A stretch of 17,916 nt of DNA from a virus (Duplodnaviria > Heunggongvirae > Uroviricota > Caudoviricetes), in the IMG/VR virus record IMGVR_UViG_2690316248_000008; one strand, 5' to 3'. Shown here piece after piece: positions 16,811 through 17,916 of the stretch. The stretch's first letter is position 1; the number at the start of each line of letters is the position of its first letter. The translations under genes and the position numbers were made by a program. Under the pieces are notes generated by a model. The model had not been told where the DNA came from. It did no database searches and was given only the letters and a program-made list of their open reading frames with translations.

Positions 16811-16839
16811 TTGACACTGGTTATACATACAGTAAAAAT
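16811..16839 (+). promoter_or_regulatory. Candidate int-proximal promoter with embedded LexA-like dyad
   Basis: Perfect -35 TTGACA (16811-16816), 17-bp spacer, -10 AAAAAT (16834-16839). The spacer holds CTGG-TTATACAT-ACAG (16817-16832), which fits CTG-N10-CAG with one mismatch to CTGT. Confidence 0.35.
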
Positions 16840-16863
16840 GCTCTCTACTGGAGGGCATTTTTT

Positions 16864-17916
16864 ATGGCAGTACGAAAACTCACCACTGGGAAATGGCTTT
16901 GCGAATGTTACCCCGCCGGACGAAGTGGGCGTCGTGTGCGTAAACAATTCGCCACCAAAGGCGAAGCACTGGCTTTTGAGCGCCACACGATGGAAGAAAC
17001 CGAAGCAAAGCCCTGGCTGGGTGAATCAGTGGATCGTCGAACACTGAAAGACGTGGTTGAGCTATGGTTCAAACTACATGGTAAATCTCTGACAGCTGGG
17101 CAGCATGTCTATGACAAATTGCTGTTGATGGTTGACGCTCTGGGCAATCCTCTTGCAACCGATCTCACCTCTAAAATGTTTGCCCATTATCGAGATAAAC
17201 GCCTGACAGGCGAGATCTACTTCAGCGAGAAATGGAAGAAAGGAGCAAGCCCGGTCACCATTAACCTGGAGCAAAGCTATCTAAGTAGTGTTTTTAGCGA
17301 ACTATCCCGTCTGGGCGAATGGTCGTATCCGAACCCACTGGAGAACATGCGAAAATTCACCATCGCAGAAAAAGAGATGGCATGGCTTACCCATGAGCAG
17401 ATTGTTGAATTGCTGGCTGATTGCAAACGTCAGGACCCAATTCTGGCACTGGTAGTTAAGATATGCTTAAGCACAGGCGCACGCTGGCGTGAAGCCGTAA
17501 ATCTTACCCGCTCACAGGTGACCAAATACCGAATTACCTTTGTCAGAACGAAGGGGAAGAAAAACAGAAGCATCCCTATCAGTAAAGAGCTTTACGAAGA
17601 GATCATGGCGCTTGATGGGTTCAATTTCTTCACAGACTGCTATTTTCAATTTTTATCCGTGATGGAAAAAACGTCTATCGTGCTCCCTCGCGGTCAACTC
17701 ACACACGTTCTGCGCCATACGTTTGCGGCGCACTTCATGATGTCGGGTGGAAACATTCTGGCCTTACAAAAAATTCTCGGACACCACGATATAAAAATGA
17801 CTATGCGTTACGCACATCTGGCACCGGATCATCTGGAAACGGCGCTCCGTTTCAATCCTCTGGCAACGCTGCCAAGTGGCGACAAAGTGGCGGCAGCAGT
17901 TGGCATTACCCCGTAA
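16864..17916 (+). CDS. int: Tyrosine integrase (P2/186 Int family)
   Basis: 350 aa from the ATG at 16864 (GGAGGG upstream). MAVRKLTTGKW...RRVRKQFATKGEALAFE at the N-terminus and C-terminal CLSTGARWREA, HVLRHTFA, MRYAHLAP (catalytic Tyr region) closely parallel P2 Int as I recall it. The 16708 start in the ORF track is an upstream in-frame extension. Confidence 0.9.
   Translation: MAVRKLTTGKWLCECYPAGRSGRRVRKQFATKGEALAFERHTMEETEAKPWLGESVDRRTLKDVVELWFKLHGKSLTAGQHVYDKLLLMVDALGNPLATDLTSKMFAHYRDKRLTGEIYFSEKWKKGASPVTINLEQSYLSSVFSELSRLGEWSYPNPLENMRKFTIAEKEMAWLTHEQIVELLADCKRQDPILALVVKICLSTGARWREAVNLTRSQVTKYRITFVRTKGKKNRSIPISKELYEEIMALDGFNFFTDCYFQFLSVMEKTSIVLPRGQLTHVLRHTFAAHFMMSGGNILALQKILGHHDIKMTMRYAHLAPDHLETALRFNPLATLPSGDKVAAAVGITP

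Larger units (their letters stand above)
531..17916. mobile_element. P2/186-like temperate prophage segment (lysis, head, packaging, cargo, replication, immunity, integrase); tail module not present in window
   Basis: Collinear set of P2/186-type genes (X, L, M, N, O, P, Q, A, CII, Apl/Cox, CI, Int) with short overlaps between consecutive genes and AT-rich cargo islands. The left boundary is set at the first phage-like ORF; the true prophage ends lie outside the window. Confidence 0.85.

Noticed and set aside
16708-16863. Upstream in-frame extension of the integrase ORF
   Set aside because: Homology to P2 Int begins at MAVRKL (16864), which has its own RBS. The extension contains the promoter-like region.
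1-17916. CRISPR arrays, tRNA and rRNA genes
   Set aside because: No regularly spaced direct repeats and no tRNA- or rRNA-like sequence were seen by inspection. The window ends at the int stop, so any tRNA attachment site would lie beyond it.

Overview
The window is almost entirely a P2/186-family temperate prophage of an enterobacterial host, read here in reverse of the usual P2 map orientation. Left to right: a Hin/Gin/Pin-type DNA invertase (1-573); a lysis cassette with a small membrane ORF, an endolysin and a 71-aa holin; the late head operon X-L-M-N-O on the minus strand; the divergent terminase P and portal Q genes on the plus strand; an AT-rich cargo region next to a cos-like sequence; a LexA-box-controlled small-protein/DinI-like module; replication gene A with an upstream Dam methylase and small early genes; CII-like and Apl/Cox-like regulators; the immunity switch; CI repressor; a small secreted cysteine-rich moron; and the integrase at the right edge. 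No tail genes, rRNA, tRNA or CRISPR array were found. The strongest candidate for an undescribed system is a translationally coupled operon at 7748-8838 (trypsin-fold serine protease plus a C-terminally membrane-anchored protein) wedged between the portal-gene terminator and the cos-like site. All homology calls are from reading the translations; no database search was run, and recalled reference sequences (P2 Int, P2 gpN, 186 CI, DinI, P2/186 cos) are from memory.
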